From Naegleria gruberi (lineage: Eukaryota), in the NCBI GenBank assembly GCA_000004985.1, contig GG738852.1: a stretch of DNA of 64,000 bases; one strand, given 5' to 3'. The translations under genes were made by a program, and so were the position numbers. The notes beneath the pieces are model-generated. The model had not been told where the DNA came from and made no database searches. It worked only from the letters and a program-made list of their open reading frames with translations. Positions 1 through 10,135 of this stretch are shown in pieces; within the stretch, counting starts at the first letter, position 1; the number at the start of each line of letters is the position of its first letter.

Positions 1-396
1 ATTAAATTCAGACCACCAAAGAGTCCAGTTTTTAACAGAATTACTCCAACTGAATATTATGGTGAACCAGGTCACTTGTTACCTTCTGTCACTGATGAAG
101 ATTTCATTGTTTGGATGAGAACTGCTGCTCTCCCAACATTCCGTAAATTATATCGTATCATTAATGTTCCTCTTGAGGCTGGTACTTATTCATTCAAGAT
201 TCAACAACGTTTCAATGTTTCTACATTTGAAGGAAAGAAGTATGTTGTCATTACAAACAACAGTTGGATTGGTGGACGTAATATGTTCTTGGCTATTGCT
301 TATTTGGTTGTTGGTGGATTAAGCTTTATTTTGGCTTGTATCTTTGCCATTGGTGCTATTATTCAAAAGATTAGACACAAACAAACTAGTGCTTAA
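1..396 (+). CDS. C-terminal fragment of a CDC50/LEM3 (TMEM30) family P4-ATPase flippase beta-subunit. The 5' end is truncated by the window edge.
   Basis: Frame 1 is open from nt 1. The tail '...SWIGGRNMFLAIAYLVVGGLSFILACIFAIGAII...' matches the conserved CDC50 C-terminal segment (W-x-GG-K/R-N-x-FLGIAY) plus the terminal TM helix. TAA stop at 394–396. Confidence 0.55.
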   Translation: MKFRPPKSPVFNRITPTEYYGEPGHLLPSVTDEDFIVWMRTAALPTFRKLYRIINVPLEAGTYSFKIQQRFNVSTFEGKKYVVITNNSWIGGRNMFLAIAYLVVGGLSFILACIFAIGAIIQKIRHKQTSA

Positions 397-511
397 ATTA
401 AATAATATTTCTTTATTTTTATTGGTGACATTTTGGTTGACTAAGGAAATTTCCCTCCAAAATATTTACATTGATCGTTTTTAAAATGTGTTAAACTAAA
501 GTGATTGTTGT

Positions 512-1525
512 ATGGAGGAAAAAGTTAAAAACAACAAAAAAATGGTTGAAATTACAGAATTATTACTCAGGAAGAGATCGGAACACAATGAAGGGCAATT
601 ATCAAACCTAAAGGAAATAACACTCCACCAATTTGAAATTGAATCCATCAATGAAGTATTAGGGATATATTGTAGGGAATTACAAATTCTCTACTTGCAA
701 AATAACTTAATAAGAGTTATACAAAATTTACATCACCTCAAAGATTTGAGGTATTTGAATTTAGCTGTAAATAATATAACATCAATTAGTGGATTGGGAT
801 CGAATGAACATTTGGAAAAATTAGATTTGACAGCTAACTTTGTTTGGGACTTGTTGAGTGTTGAATCATTGAGAGAGAATTATAAGTTAAGGGAGATGCA
901 CTTGTTGGGAAATCCGTGCACTACCTTTGAGAATTATAGACTCTTTGTTATTGGTGCTGTTCCTAGTTTGCAAATTCTTGATGGTGAGCGAGTGGCAAAG
1001 AGTGAGAGAATTCTTGCTGAGCAATTAAAGGAACAAATCAAGAAATCTATTGAGGAGGAACAATCAAGAATCAATGTGGCAGATATTCAGGAAAATATTG
1101 AGCAACGTGACCAAGACAAGAAGGAAATGGCCGAACATAAGAATGCAAAGGAGAAGGCTCAAGAAAAGAACTTGGATGGAATCAATGAAGTGGATGGATT
1201 AGGACTTGGAAAGAGAGTTTCTCTCACTCCAGAAGAAGAGATTGAAAAGTATGGCAAAGTCATGCAAAAGAATGAAGGAAAATGGGCATTTAAATTATTG
1301 CAGGAGAAGGATCATTATGTGTTGGATATTCCAGCTGGAAAATACATGTCACTGAGCTATGTTGACATTGATGTTCAACCAACCTTTGTTCGTGTTACCA
1401 TCAAGGGTAAAGTTTTACAATTGAGATTTGATAGGGAGGTCAACTCTTCCAACGCATCAGCCCAACGATCCACCACAACAGGTAATATTGTAATCAAAAT
1501 TCCCTACTCAACTCTCAATCCTTAA
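512..1525 (+). CDS. LRRC6: LRRC6/TilB/Seahorse-type axonemal dynein-arm assembly factor with an LRR domain, an LRRcap and a CS (p23-like) domain.
   Basis: Near-identical blocks to metazoan LRRC6: 'ILYLQNNLI', 'YLNLA(V)NNI', 'KLDLTANFV', 'LLGNPC', 'DIDVQPTFVRVTIKGKVLQL', 'SSNASAQRSTTTGNIVIKIP'. The ORF starts at ATG 512, but the A-rich ATG at 542 ('MVEITELLLRKRSEHNEG') aligns better with the LRRC6 N-terminus. The 3' end could continue past a possible GTAATA donor at about 1483. Confidence 0.8.
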   Translation: MEEKVKNNKKMVEITELLLRKRSEHNEGQLSNLKEITLHQFEIESINEVLGIYCRELQILYLQNNLIRVIQNLHHLKDLRYLNLAVNNITSISGLGSNEHLEKLDLTANFVWDLLSVESLRENYKLREMHLLGNPCTTFENYRLFVIGAVPSLQILDGERVAKSERILAEQLKEQIKKSIEEEQSRINVADIQENIEQRDQDKKEMAEHKNAKEKAQEKNLDGINEVDGLGLGKRVSLTPEEEIEKYGKVMQKNEGKWAFKLLQEKDHYVLDIPAGKYMSLSYVDIDVQPTFVRVTIKGKVLQLRFDREVNSSNASAQRSTTTGNIVIKIPYSTLNP

Positions 1526-1675
1526 TTATTTCAAACTTTCTCTATTGAAAAGTATTACTATTAGAAAAACACGTATCTTTCACCACTGAAAATGAAATAA
1601 TAAATACTTTAAAGCACCATTATTATTGAATCTCTATACTTGATTGTTTATTACAAATAAACATTTCATAAAAAA

Positions 1676-2951
1676 ATGCGTAAACGATTGGGTTCGGTAA
1701 CAAGTAGAATTTTAGATCTAGGTAAGGAGAGAAGAGAGTTGTTTTATAATTTATTGAATATATAAGAAACAACACTTTTGTGTGGTCAAACATTTACTTT
1801 TAAACATTTCAAACCGAGCAATTCATTTGTCGGAGTTTTTGGAAATAATGTTATCGAGTTGACAAGTAATCATCAGGAGAATGATAATTTTATTTATTAT
1901 AGAAAATTAAATCCCATCAATATTAAAGCTAGCAGCAGTAGCAGTACTGATGAATCGAATGGTTCTTCATCAGCAAGTGATTCATTTGATGAAAAGGAAG
2001 TGGAACAATTAATTTCCGATTATTTTCAAATTGATAATTATGATATTGAAGAGTTGCATGAACATTTTGCCAAAGTTGACCCAGACTTGTTTGGGAAAAT
2101 TGTAAAATATTATTGTGGATGGAGATTATTGAAAATGGAACCACTGGAGACTTTGTTTTCCTTTATTTGTAGTTCGAATAATAATGTTTCAAGAATTACC
2201 AAAATGGTTCAGGTATTGTGTGAAGAGTATGGAGAGTGTTTGGGAGAATTTACTATTGATGATGGTGTGACAACATTTCCAATGTACAAGTTTCCAACAT
2301 TGGAACAATTAGAGGAATGCACTGAAAAGGAGTTAAAGTATGTTTTAAATTTCAGGTTAGTGAAATAATATTAATGAAATATTCAGAAAGCATAATTTTG
2401 GATATAGAGCCAAGTACATTGTTCAAACTGTTGAGAAATTAAAGGAGAAACCAGAAAAATACCTCTACACTCTCAGAGATAAAGAAAAGTATCCAACCAG
2501 CTTGGACGTATTGAATGAGTTGAAACAATTTTCTGGGGTTGGTATGAAGGTTGCTTCCTGCGTTGCATTATATAGCATGGATTGTCATGATTGCGTTCCA
2601 ACAGATGTCCACATTCTTAGAATTGCCAGAAATTGCTATCCATCAATGAAAACTATCATTTCGAAAAAGAAGAAATCACTCACTGAAAAGGAAATTCAAA
2701 AAGTTATGAAAGAGTTTGTAAATATATTTGGAGAATATGCTGGATTGGCGCAACTTATTCTATATGGAAGCCAATTATCTCAATTCAAAACTCGTATTCC
2801 GGCTGATGTTAGAGAAACACTCATTACCAAAGAGGAAGAAAGTGATGATGAGGATAAGGATTCTAATGAGGAATCATCAGCAGAAGAGGAGGAAGAAAAG
2901 CCAATCGTACAAGAAAAAAAGAAGAGGCGAGTTGTTAGAAGAAATAAATAA
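1676..2951 (+). CDS. OGG1: 8-oxoguanine DNA glycosylase (OGG1), 3 exons. Approximate join(1676..1721, 1767..2355, 2387..2951).
   Basis: Exon 1 'MRKRLGSVTSRILDL' joins through a 45-nt GTAAGG..AG intron to 'ETTLLCGQTFTFK' (compare human 'RLDLVLPSGQSFRWRE'). The conserved 'LFSFICSSNNNVSRITKMV' block is present. A second 31-nt intron (GTTAGT..CAG, 2356–2386) restores 'GYRAKYI'. The HhH-GPD region 'GVGMKVASCVALYSMDCHDCVPTDVHI' follows. Confidence 0.8.
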
Positions 2952-2953
2952 TT

Positions 2954-3880
2954 TTAAAGGTAAATAAAGTTAGGACTTGGCTCATTGGTCTTTAACCAAT
3001 TGAAATCATGAACTCTATTCCACTTATTCTTGTTATCATCCTCCACAACCATATCACAAGATTTGAGTTGAGTATCCAATCCTTCATATTCGAGGGAATA
3101 TCTTCCAAATTGTAAGCCAGAACAATTTTCAATAATTGGATTATTCTTTGGACAAATAAGGAATTCACATCCAGTACTGTCATGTATTCTCAATTGCCAA
3201 CAAGCAAGCTGGAATTTACAATTTTGACATTTGGAAAGGAAGATGGCACCATTCACAGGTCCTAATTCAATAGTACAATCCACAAGATTTGATATATACA
3301 CAGCGCCAATAATATGCCTTATTCTGACATGATTTTGATTTCCATTACAAATGGCAAAGCTTTCATTTTCCTTAGTTGGGGCAACTTCATGGATATAACC
3401 TGAAGGTACCCTACTCAGATCAACAACTGTCTTGTTAGTCTCCAACTTGATAGATGGAGTTTCCTCAACTACTACGTTTTGAGTTTCCTTCTTTTGAAGT
3501 GATTCAGAACTTGGTGCCTTCTTTTTGAATGAAAATACCTTTTTATCCTTCTTTAATTCTTCCTGGATTTTTTTAATCTTTTCATCTGCCTTTCGGACGT
3601 CATAGTTTGGCAGATAGTGCACATGTTGGTTTAAAAATTGTTGCAATTCAGAGGCTTGTTTTTGTTGACTAATTAATTCATTAAAAGCATTCCAAAAGAC
3701 TGTTGGATTTTCCTTAACCTCTTGATTTCTCTTATTTTTCATTTCTTCATTTCTCTTTTCCATCCTCTCAAGGAATTGCTTCCTCTTGGCTTCTTGTATA
3801 TAATTTAAACTTGGTGTAGTGTTATCTTGATTCAGTGATGTATCATCGGAATTTGTTGTATCAACAGTTGATGGAATCAT
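2954..3880 (-). CDS. Tubulin-folding cofactor C (TBCC) domain protein with a coiled-coil N-terminal region and a C-terminal CARP/TBCC domain.
   Basis: The C-terminal 'IGAVYISNLVDCTIELGPVNGAIFLSKCQNCKFQLACWQLRIHDSTGCEFLI' has the typical TBCC/RP2 beta-helix pattern. True start is the A-rich ATG 'aaaaaaaATGATTCCATCA' at 3880 (the track start at 3913 is TTG). The stop lies 2 nt from the OGG1 stop on the other strand. Confidence 0.6.
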   Translation of the reverse strand: MIPSTVDTTNSDDTSLNQDNTTPSLNYIQEAKRKQFLERMEKRNEEMKNKRNQEVKENPTVFWNAFNELISQQKQASELQQFLNQHVHYLPNYDVRKADEKIKKIQEELKKDKKVFSFKKKAPSSESLQKKETQNVVVEETPSIKLETNKTVVDLSRVPSGYIHEVAPTKENESFAICNGNQNHVRIRHIIGAVYISNLVDCTIELGPVNGAIFLSKCQNCKFQLACWQLRIHDSTGCEFLICPKNNPIIENCSGLQFGRYSLEYEGLDTQLKSCDMVVEDDNKNKWNRVHDFNWLKTNEPSPNFIYL

Positions 3881-4048
3881 TTTTTTTGTTTTTTGTATTT
3901 TCTTGAAGTGCAAATATTTGGCGGGAAAACAAATTGAAATATTTATTTAATGATCAAATAATTTAATTTCGAAATATTCCAATAATAGAGAATAGCTCAT
4001 CATTGTTATAATTAATAAATAAAATAATTAAATAATTGTATTAAATAA

Positions 4049-4666
4049 TTAAGCAATGGTGGCATAATTCTTCCAAAATTCAACAGAATCCATATATTTG
4101 GTTCTTTCTAATGGTACTCCACTACCTCCTTCTTCTTTTCCTAAAGCATTTCTCATCATTGTGATTGGAGTCATTGGAAGTTCATAATCAACGTCTTGTG
4201 ACTTAACAGAAATGATTCCCCATTCACAATCAGTAATTTCAGGTCTCTTTTCATAATCGGAAACTTCTTGCATTGCTTCAGATTCCTTCAATATTTGTTC
4301 TTTAGAGTAGAGAATAATATCCAAATATTTAGAGTCCTTGATTTGATCCTTTACTAAATCGTAAGGGAAATATCTACAGAGGACTGGTAATTCCGATTCT
4401 TTTCTTTGTTGATATTCTGTTCGGAGCAAATGTTCATTATCTTTGGTAATTTCCAAGAAACTTTGTTTACATCCTGCAAAATTAGGAACAAATAAATGTT
4501 TACAAAATGGTGCATAACCATCCTTCAATTGATAATCTCCAGAGCTCCAAATTTTGTTGATTTGTTCTTCAAAAGATTGGACAGAAATTGGAATTTGGGT
4601 GCCTCCTTTGTATCCTTGTTGGAATTGACGAACGGCGAAAGAGTCAATGTAAGTAAGTAATTTCAT
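4049..4666 (-). CDS. Conserved hypothetical protein of 205 aa with no confident family assignment.
   Basis: Clean ORF with an A-rich start context (aaaaaATGAAA) and no low complexity. No motif I can name. Confidence 0.4.
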   Translation of the reverse strand: MKLLTYIDSFAVRQFQQGYKGGTQIPISVQSFEEQINKIWSSGDYQLKDGYAPFCKHLFVPNFAGCKQSFLEITKDNEHLLRTEYQQRKESELPVLCRYFPYDLVKDQIKDSKYLDIILYSKEQILKESEAMQEVSDYEKRPEITDCEWGIISVKSQDVDYELPMTPITMMRNALGKEEGGSGVPLERTKYMDSVEFWKNYATIA

Positions 4667-4732
4667 TTTTTATTTACATTTTTCAAAATCAAATTAAAAG
4701 CAACCAATTCAGCTTAGGAAACTAAAACGAAT

Positions 4733-7700
4733 TTACATTTTTCTTCTTTCAACCACTGCAAAACTTGGGAATGATCTCTTCTTTAAACGTTCCAATTCTT
4801 CTGTGAGAATGTCGAGTTCTCGTTTTTGATCACGTGACAAATCTTGAAGTTTTCTTTCCCATCTAATTTCGGTCATACGCTTATCAGCAGCTTCTTTTTC
4901 TTTGGTGGCTGATTGAATTTGGTTGAGTTGAGCTCTTTCTTCAACAACTTGTTCGAAAATCTTGATTTGTCGAATGAGGTTAGTATTTTCTTCATATCTA
5001 ACATGCATTAAATCTTCCATCTTTTTAAGGATTCTCTTCTTTTCTTCGAGGGCAGTTTCAAGAGCAGCCTTAACATTTTCAATTTGTTTTTGGAGTTTAG
5101 CTCTTTCCATCTTTTTCTTCTCCTCTGTTCCTCCTCCACTCTTGATAATTTCTTGCATTTCCTTCTTTACTTTAAGCATTTGAAGCCTCTTGAATTTAAT
5201 TATCATTTCTTCAGTATCAAAAGCAATGAGGTCATTTTCCCATTGAATCTTTCTAATCTTCTTCTTTAAATCTTTCATCTTTGTCAATTGTTTAACAATT
5301 TCTTGACCCTGTTGTCTAATATTAGAGTTATGATCTTCAACAGTTGATCTAAATATAAGAATGGCATCAGAATAGTCAGTAACTACAGCTGCTTGTTCAA
5401 CTTCCACTTGACCTTGCTTGAATCTGAAAATCTTATCCATATTGTAAGACTCGGTTACAATCTTATCTCTGAACTTTGTCAGTTCAGTCATTTCCAAACT
5501 CATTATTGCATCCAAATCCTTATCTTCTTTGGTCAACTTGTCGAGACGGACTCTCATTTCGTCAAGTCTTTGTTGAGAATCTCTTACACTATTGTCCATT
5601 ACTACCTTTGCCTCTCTTATTTCCCAAAATCTTGCCCATAATTCATCATCAGCAATGTAGATTGGTCTTGATTTTTCTTCATCGAGAGGATCTTCTGGAG
5701 GAGCATTCTTTGCTTCTTCTGTTGCGTCTACATCAGCAAATGGATCTACAGAATTCAAAGCTAGGTCAATATTATCTTGATTTGTTTGAGGTTTAGATCT
5801 TGTTCTGAAAATCTTGTAAAGTTTTTCGAACATTTCACCAATTTTCATATTTGCTGCATGTTGCAACTTTTGGAATTCCATATTCATACTTGATTGAGTT
5901 TTTTGTTGCATCATCTTTTTACACATTTGTGAGAGAGCCTGTTGATTCGCTGGATAGAATACTTGAAGAATATCTCTTTGGAATTGAGTTTTGAACGATC
6001 TTTCCATTTGACGATCTTCTAGTATTATCTTTTCATGTTCAACCTTTTCAAGTTCAAACCTTTTGTGGTATTCCTGGACAGCACTAGAAGATTGAGCCTT
6101 CTTATTCTTCAATTCTTCTAAAATCTTTTCTAATTGCTTTTCTGCCTTTTCAAATTCTTCGTGTTGGATGATTGATTGAGAAAGTTTTACCATTTGGAGT
6201 TCAATTTCAAAAAGTGATTGGTCTGTTGATTGCTTTTTCAAGAATAGAATCTTCAAGTTTGTATCGAATTCTTGACAAAGATCAGCTATTTGTTGTTTGG
6301 CATTGTTGAGCTTGGCCTCCAATTGTTTAACCTTCTTAATACGCTCTTCTTCCTTTTGTTTCATTAAAGCTTCATATTCCTTGAGTTCTTTCATTTCTTG
6401 CTCTGTTAACTCAGATCTTTCCTTTCCCATTGCAGCTGGGACAGGTATTTCTTCTTCTTTAGTTTCGTGAGTGTCAAGATCTAATTTACCATCCATCATC
6501 ATTTGCAAGGCTCTTTGTGCTGTGTCCTTATCTTGCATTTTTGATGGATCTGATGCCTTTTGATTATCTTGCTTTTTAGACTTGTCGTCTGATCTCACAA
6601 ATTTAGTCTTTGGAAGCTCATCTTCGCTTACTTGGAGAATGTATTGTTCTGGCTTCTCTTGAGGTTTGAGTTTTACATCGAATATTTCAACAGGGATTGG
6701 TGTACCTGAACATCTGTTCAAATCTTTAGAAATGTCTAGAATTTTCTCGTTCATACTTTCAATCTTTCTGATAATTTGAGTCTTTTCTTCTCTCACCGTC
6801 TTAAATTCTCCATTAAATTGTCTTTTCATCTTGTCCACTTTTTCTTGAAGAAGGAAAATTTGGGTAACTTTTCTTTGTCTTGTGTATAGATCGGTATATG
6901 GATATAAAAGACCATCAAGATCGAGAATAAGGTTCTTTCTGATATTTTCCTTTGTTTTTCTTAATTCAGATTCATCCTCACTTCTGTTCTCTGAAATTTC
7001 ACTTGTTCTCGAGTTGGTTCTCTTGTTCGATTTTTCTTCATATTCTTCCTCATCTGGAACACCACCTTCGATATCGTTGGTAATGTATTCCTTTCTTCTG
7101 TTTACCAATGATATTTCTTCCATTCTTCTCATGAATGCAATCTTTTCAAGAATAACTTCTCTCTTTGGATCTCTCTTTCTAATCACATAATTTGGAACTT
7201 CCAGAAGAATTCCTTCCTTTTGGTATTCGGAAGCCATCTTGAAAGCAATAATAGTGGTTGCATGTTCTTCCATAGAGTCCCAACATTCCTTTTTGATTTT
7301 CTTTGCCAAGATGTCCTTCTTTACATTTTCTACACGCATAACTTCCTTTAGTTTCTCACATTCCTTTTCACCTTCTCTCTCCAGCATCTTTTTGTAATCT
7401 TCATCAATTATAAATTCGCTTTCAGATAATCTTTCATCCTCTGGAGCATTATCATTTTCAGCCTTAATTTCAAAAAATAGTTTTCTCAACTCGTCTATTT
7501 GAGAGAAAGCTTGCTCCTTCTTGGTTTCTTTCATCATTTGTTCAACCTTATTTTGATTGTCAGTCTTAATTTCCAAAATTGTTTTAAAATCTGGAGACTC
7601 TGATGTTGTCGAACACTTATCTTTTGGTTGAACTTTTGGAATGGCCATAACAAAACTGTTAGTGTTCATGTTTTCGGAAGGATCTAAGGAATAAACACAT

Positions 7701-10073
7701 ATACTTCCGTCATAGCCTGACGAGAAAATCGTAGTGGAATCGTATGAAAATGAAATACTTGAAACACCACCATTCATAGAATTGTGTAAATAGTATGATT
7801 CTGAGGCTCCTTCTTCTTCGTTCTGCTCAAAGAAGTTAGTATGTGCTATTCTGATTGAAACTACACCATCCTTTGCTCCAGTACATAGGTATCTTCCACA
7901 AGAACTCAAAACTACCCAAGCACCAGTTTTATAGTGGCACAAAGTTTCACTACTTGGAGTTACTACATTGTTACTCATTCCAGATTGTCTATCTTCAACG
8001 TTGAGATCGTAAATTTTGATTGTTTTGTCTTGTGACAAGGTGTAAATATGATTTGGATCGCTGCAATGATTGTCAATTACTCAAATGATACTAAAAACTT
8101 ACTCTTTGAAAGGAGCCATTCCGTAACATGGGTAATCCAGTTTCCACATATCTTTAGTAATATTTGTTAGTAAGATAACTTCTTCATATGTTACAGGAGG
8201 CTCTACAAGATACAAATCACCAACCTCAGTGGCCACATACAGAGATGTTTCATTAGACCAAGCGAGGGTTGAAATGTTGTGGTTAAATTTACAGAATCCA
8301 ATCAAGGACAAAAATTCATCATCATCTTCCATTGCCAAGTCAACGACAATATCCTCATTATTATTCTCAATCTCTGCATTACCCAAACGGAGGAATCCAA
8401 GAGTGGAATCGGCAAATGAGACGGCAACAAGTGTTCCATTTTTGCCTCCAATTTTAATGCTCGTAATAGCAGATGTCCTTAATCTGTGTGAATAAATTGC
8501 AATAGGTTGGTGTTTTTCATCAAATTCAAAGACTCTCAAAAAACCAATGGAAGAACCAACAAATAGCAGACCATTAGAGTATTGACCACATGAGAATAGT
8601 GCATTGAACTTTCTCTTGGCAATCAATGTATTGGTTTTGTAATTCCACACTCTAATAGTTCCATCCATACCATGACTCACAACAATGGATTTGTTTGTCT
8701 CTCCAGAGTCTTGTGGTTCCAATTGGTAAACACCTGTAACAGCTCCAATATGAGAATCGTAAACCTAAATAAATTGTCAAGAATAAATTCCATAATATAC
8801 TTACGTAACTCATGGATATTTCGTTCTTCATCAATTCCATATCAGTGATTGTATCTGTTTCGAATCCCTTAATATACACTCTAAAAATGGATCCATCCAC
8901 AGTGCCAGCTATTATATATTTGAAATTTCCTGAAATACAAACAGAAGAAATATCACCCAGTTTGTTGTTCAATGTTACAACTCTGGATGATATTCTTTCC
9001 TCATCATCAAATTTTTGTCCAGCATTATTAATTGTTGACATACGATAAACTTTCAAACATCCTTGATGTAATCCAGCAATACATGAGTGTCTACAAACTG
9101 CTATATTATACATTGCATCTCTAGAATCGTCTAAATCCAAAATAATACCATTTGAGTGAATATTTTCAAATCTTAAAAAGTCTCCATCATTCGTCACACA
9201 TAAAATGTCATTATTGACTCCCCATTCATGCCTATATAATTCTGTTGTTTTGATTTTTTCGTAAATGTTTTCTGAAACCTTCGGTTCTCTGGAAAATAAA
9301 GGTTAAAACAATTGAAATATTTTAGAAGAAACATACACTGGTATGATATCATATCCATCAACTATTGGATTTACCAGCCAGAATGCAAGATGAGCAAATC
9401 CACTCGAACATATTTGTAACTTGTTTCTTGGATTGAAACTGGCATACTTTGTAGTATTTGGTACTTGGGTTTGAATCAGACTTGAAAGTATATGTTAGCT
9501 CAGAATAATTTGAAGAAACCTACATCCTACTAGAGGCCCAATCCCAAACTGTGAGTTGATGGTCAGGAACTCCACTTAATGACAAAAGAAAACTACCATC
9601 CCTAGAGAAATCCAAATCCAAATAGTCAATTACTGATCCACCAGATAAAACTTTTAAAACCTCAAAAGTATTCAAATCATAAACTCTAATTTTTGGATGG
9701 GAATACGTATCTGCAACTGCAAAGACTCTTCTTTTCTTGTTGAAGGCAATTGCACTAATTCCTGCTGTGAGGTATAACTGTTTTGTAGTTGCCACAGATT
9801 GTCTCAAATCAAATGAGTCTTGTACAGATTTATCCTCACTAATATAGATATCGGGAACAAAGTAGTGTTCCTCCTTTGTTTCAATATTAATAAATCTCAC
9901 TCCCCTTCCACAAATAAATGCAATCCTTTGATCGTCCACTGAGTGAATCTTCCTTCCATCGTAACCGTAGGAAGATCTTGTTGTATTAAAGTACGCTCCA
10001 AGTTAGACTGATGATAGATAATAAATTATTGCACTTACATCATCTCACTGCTGATAAAGTCTTGGTTAGGCAT
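4733..10073 (-). CDS. Cilia/flagella-associated WD40 plus coiled-coil protein of the CFAP43/CFAP44 family, about 1650 aa in 5 exons. Approximate join(10073..10039, 9976..9524, 9288..8805, 8764..8103, 8060..4733).
   Basis: N-terminal exons encode WD repeats ('...HPKIRVYDL...TVWDWASSR', 'HGMDGTIRVWNYKT'). The 1100-aa last exon is E/K-rich coiled coil. Introns carry GTAAGT or GTAGGT donors and AG acceptors and restore one continuous frame. They are 62, about 235, 40 and 42 nt long. Size and architecture match CFAP43 (WDR96). Confidence 0.65.
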
Positions 10074-10096
10074 TTTTTTTGTAGTTTGAAATGAAT

Positions 10097-10110
10097 TTTG
10101 GCGCCAAAAG
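10097..10110. promoter_or_regulatory. Palindromic E2F/DP-like element TTTGGCGCCAAAAG, about 30 nt upstream of the CFAP43/44-like gene ATG.
   Basis: Exact TTTGGCGC / GCGCCAAA dyad. It lies in the 60-nt gap between two minus-strand genes. Confidence 0.35.
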
Positions 10111-10135
10111 ACGGTTCAAAGTAAGTTTGTTAAAC

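Noticed and set aside
4962-7190. Several 60–106-aa ORFs on the plus strand (4962..5183, 5084..5269, 5393..5641, 5476..5796, 6882..7190)
   Set aside because: They lie antisense inside the large coiled-coil exon of the CFAP43/44-like gene. They are low-complexity L/S/F-rich products of complementary-strand AAG/GAA repeats.
9289-9523. Possible box C/D snoRNA in the 235-nt CFAP43/44 intron
   Set aside because: CUGA and UGAUGG-like strings are present but in the wrong order and without a terminal stem. Not supported.
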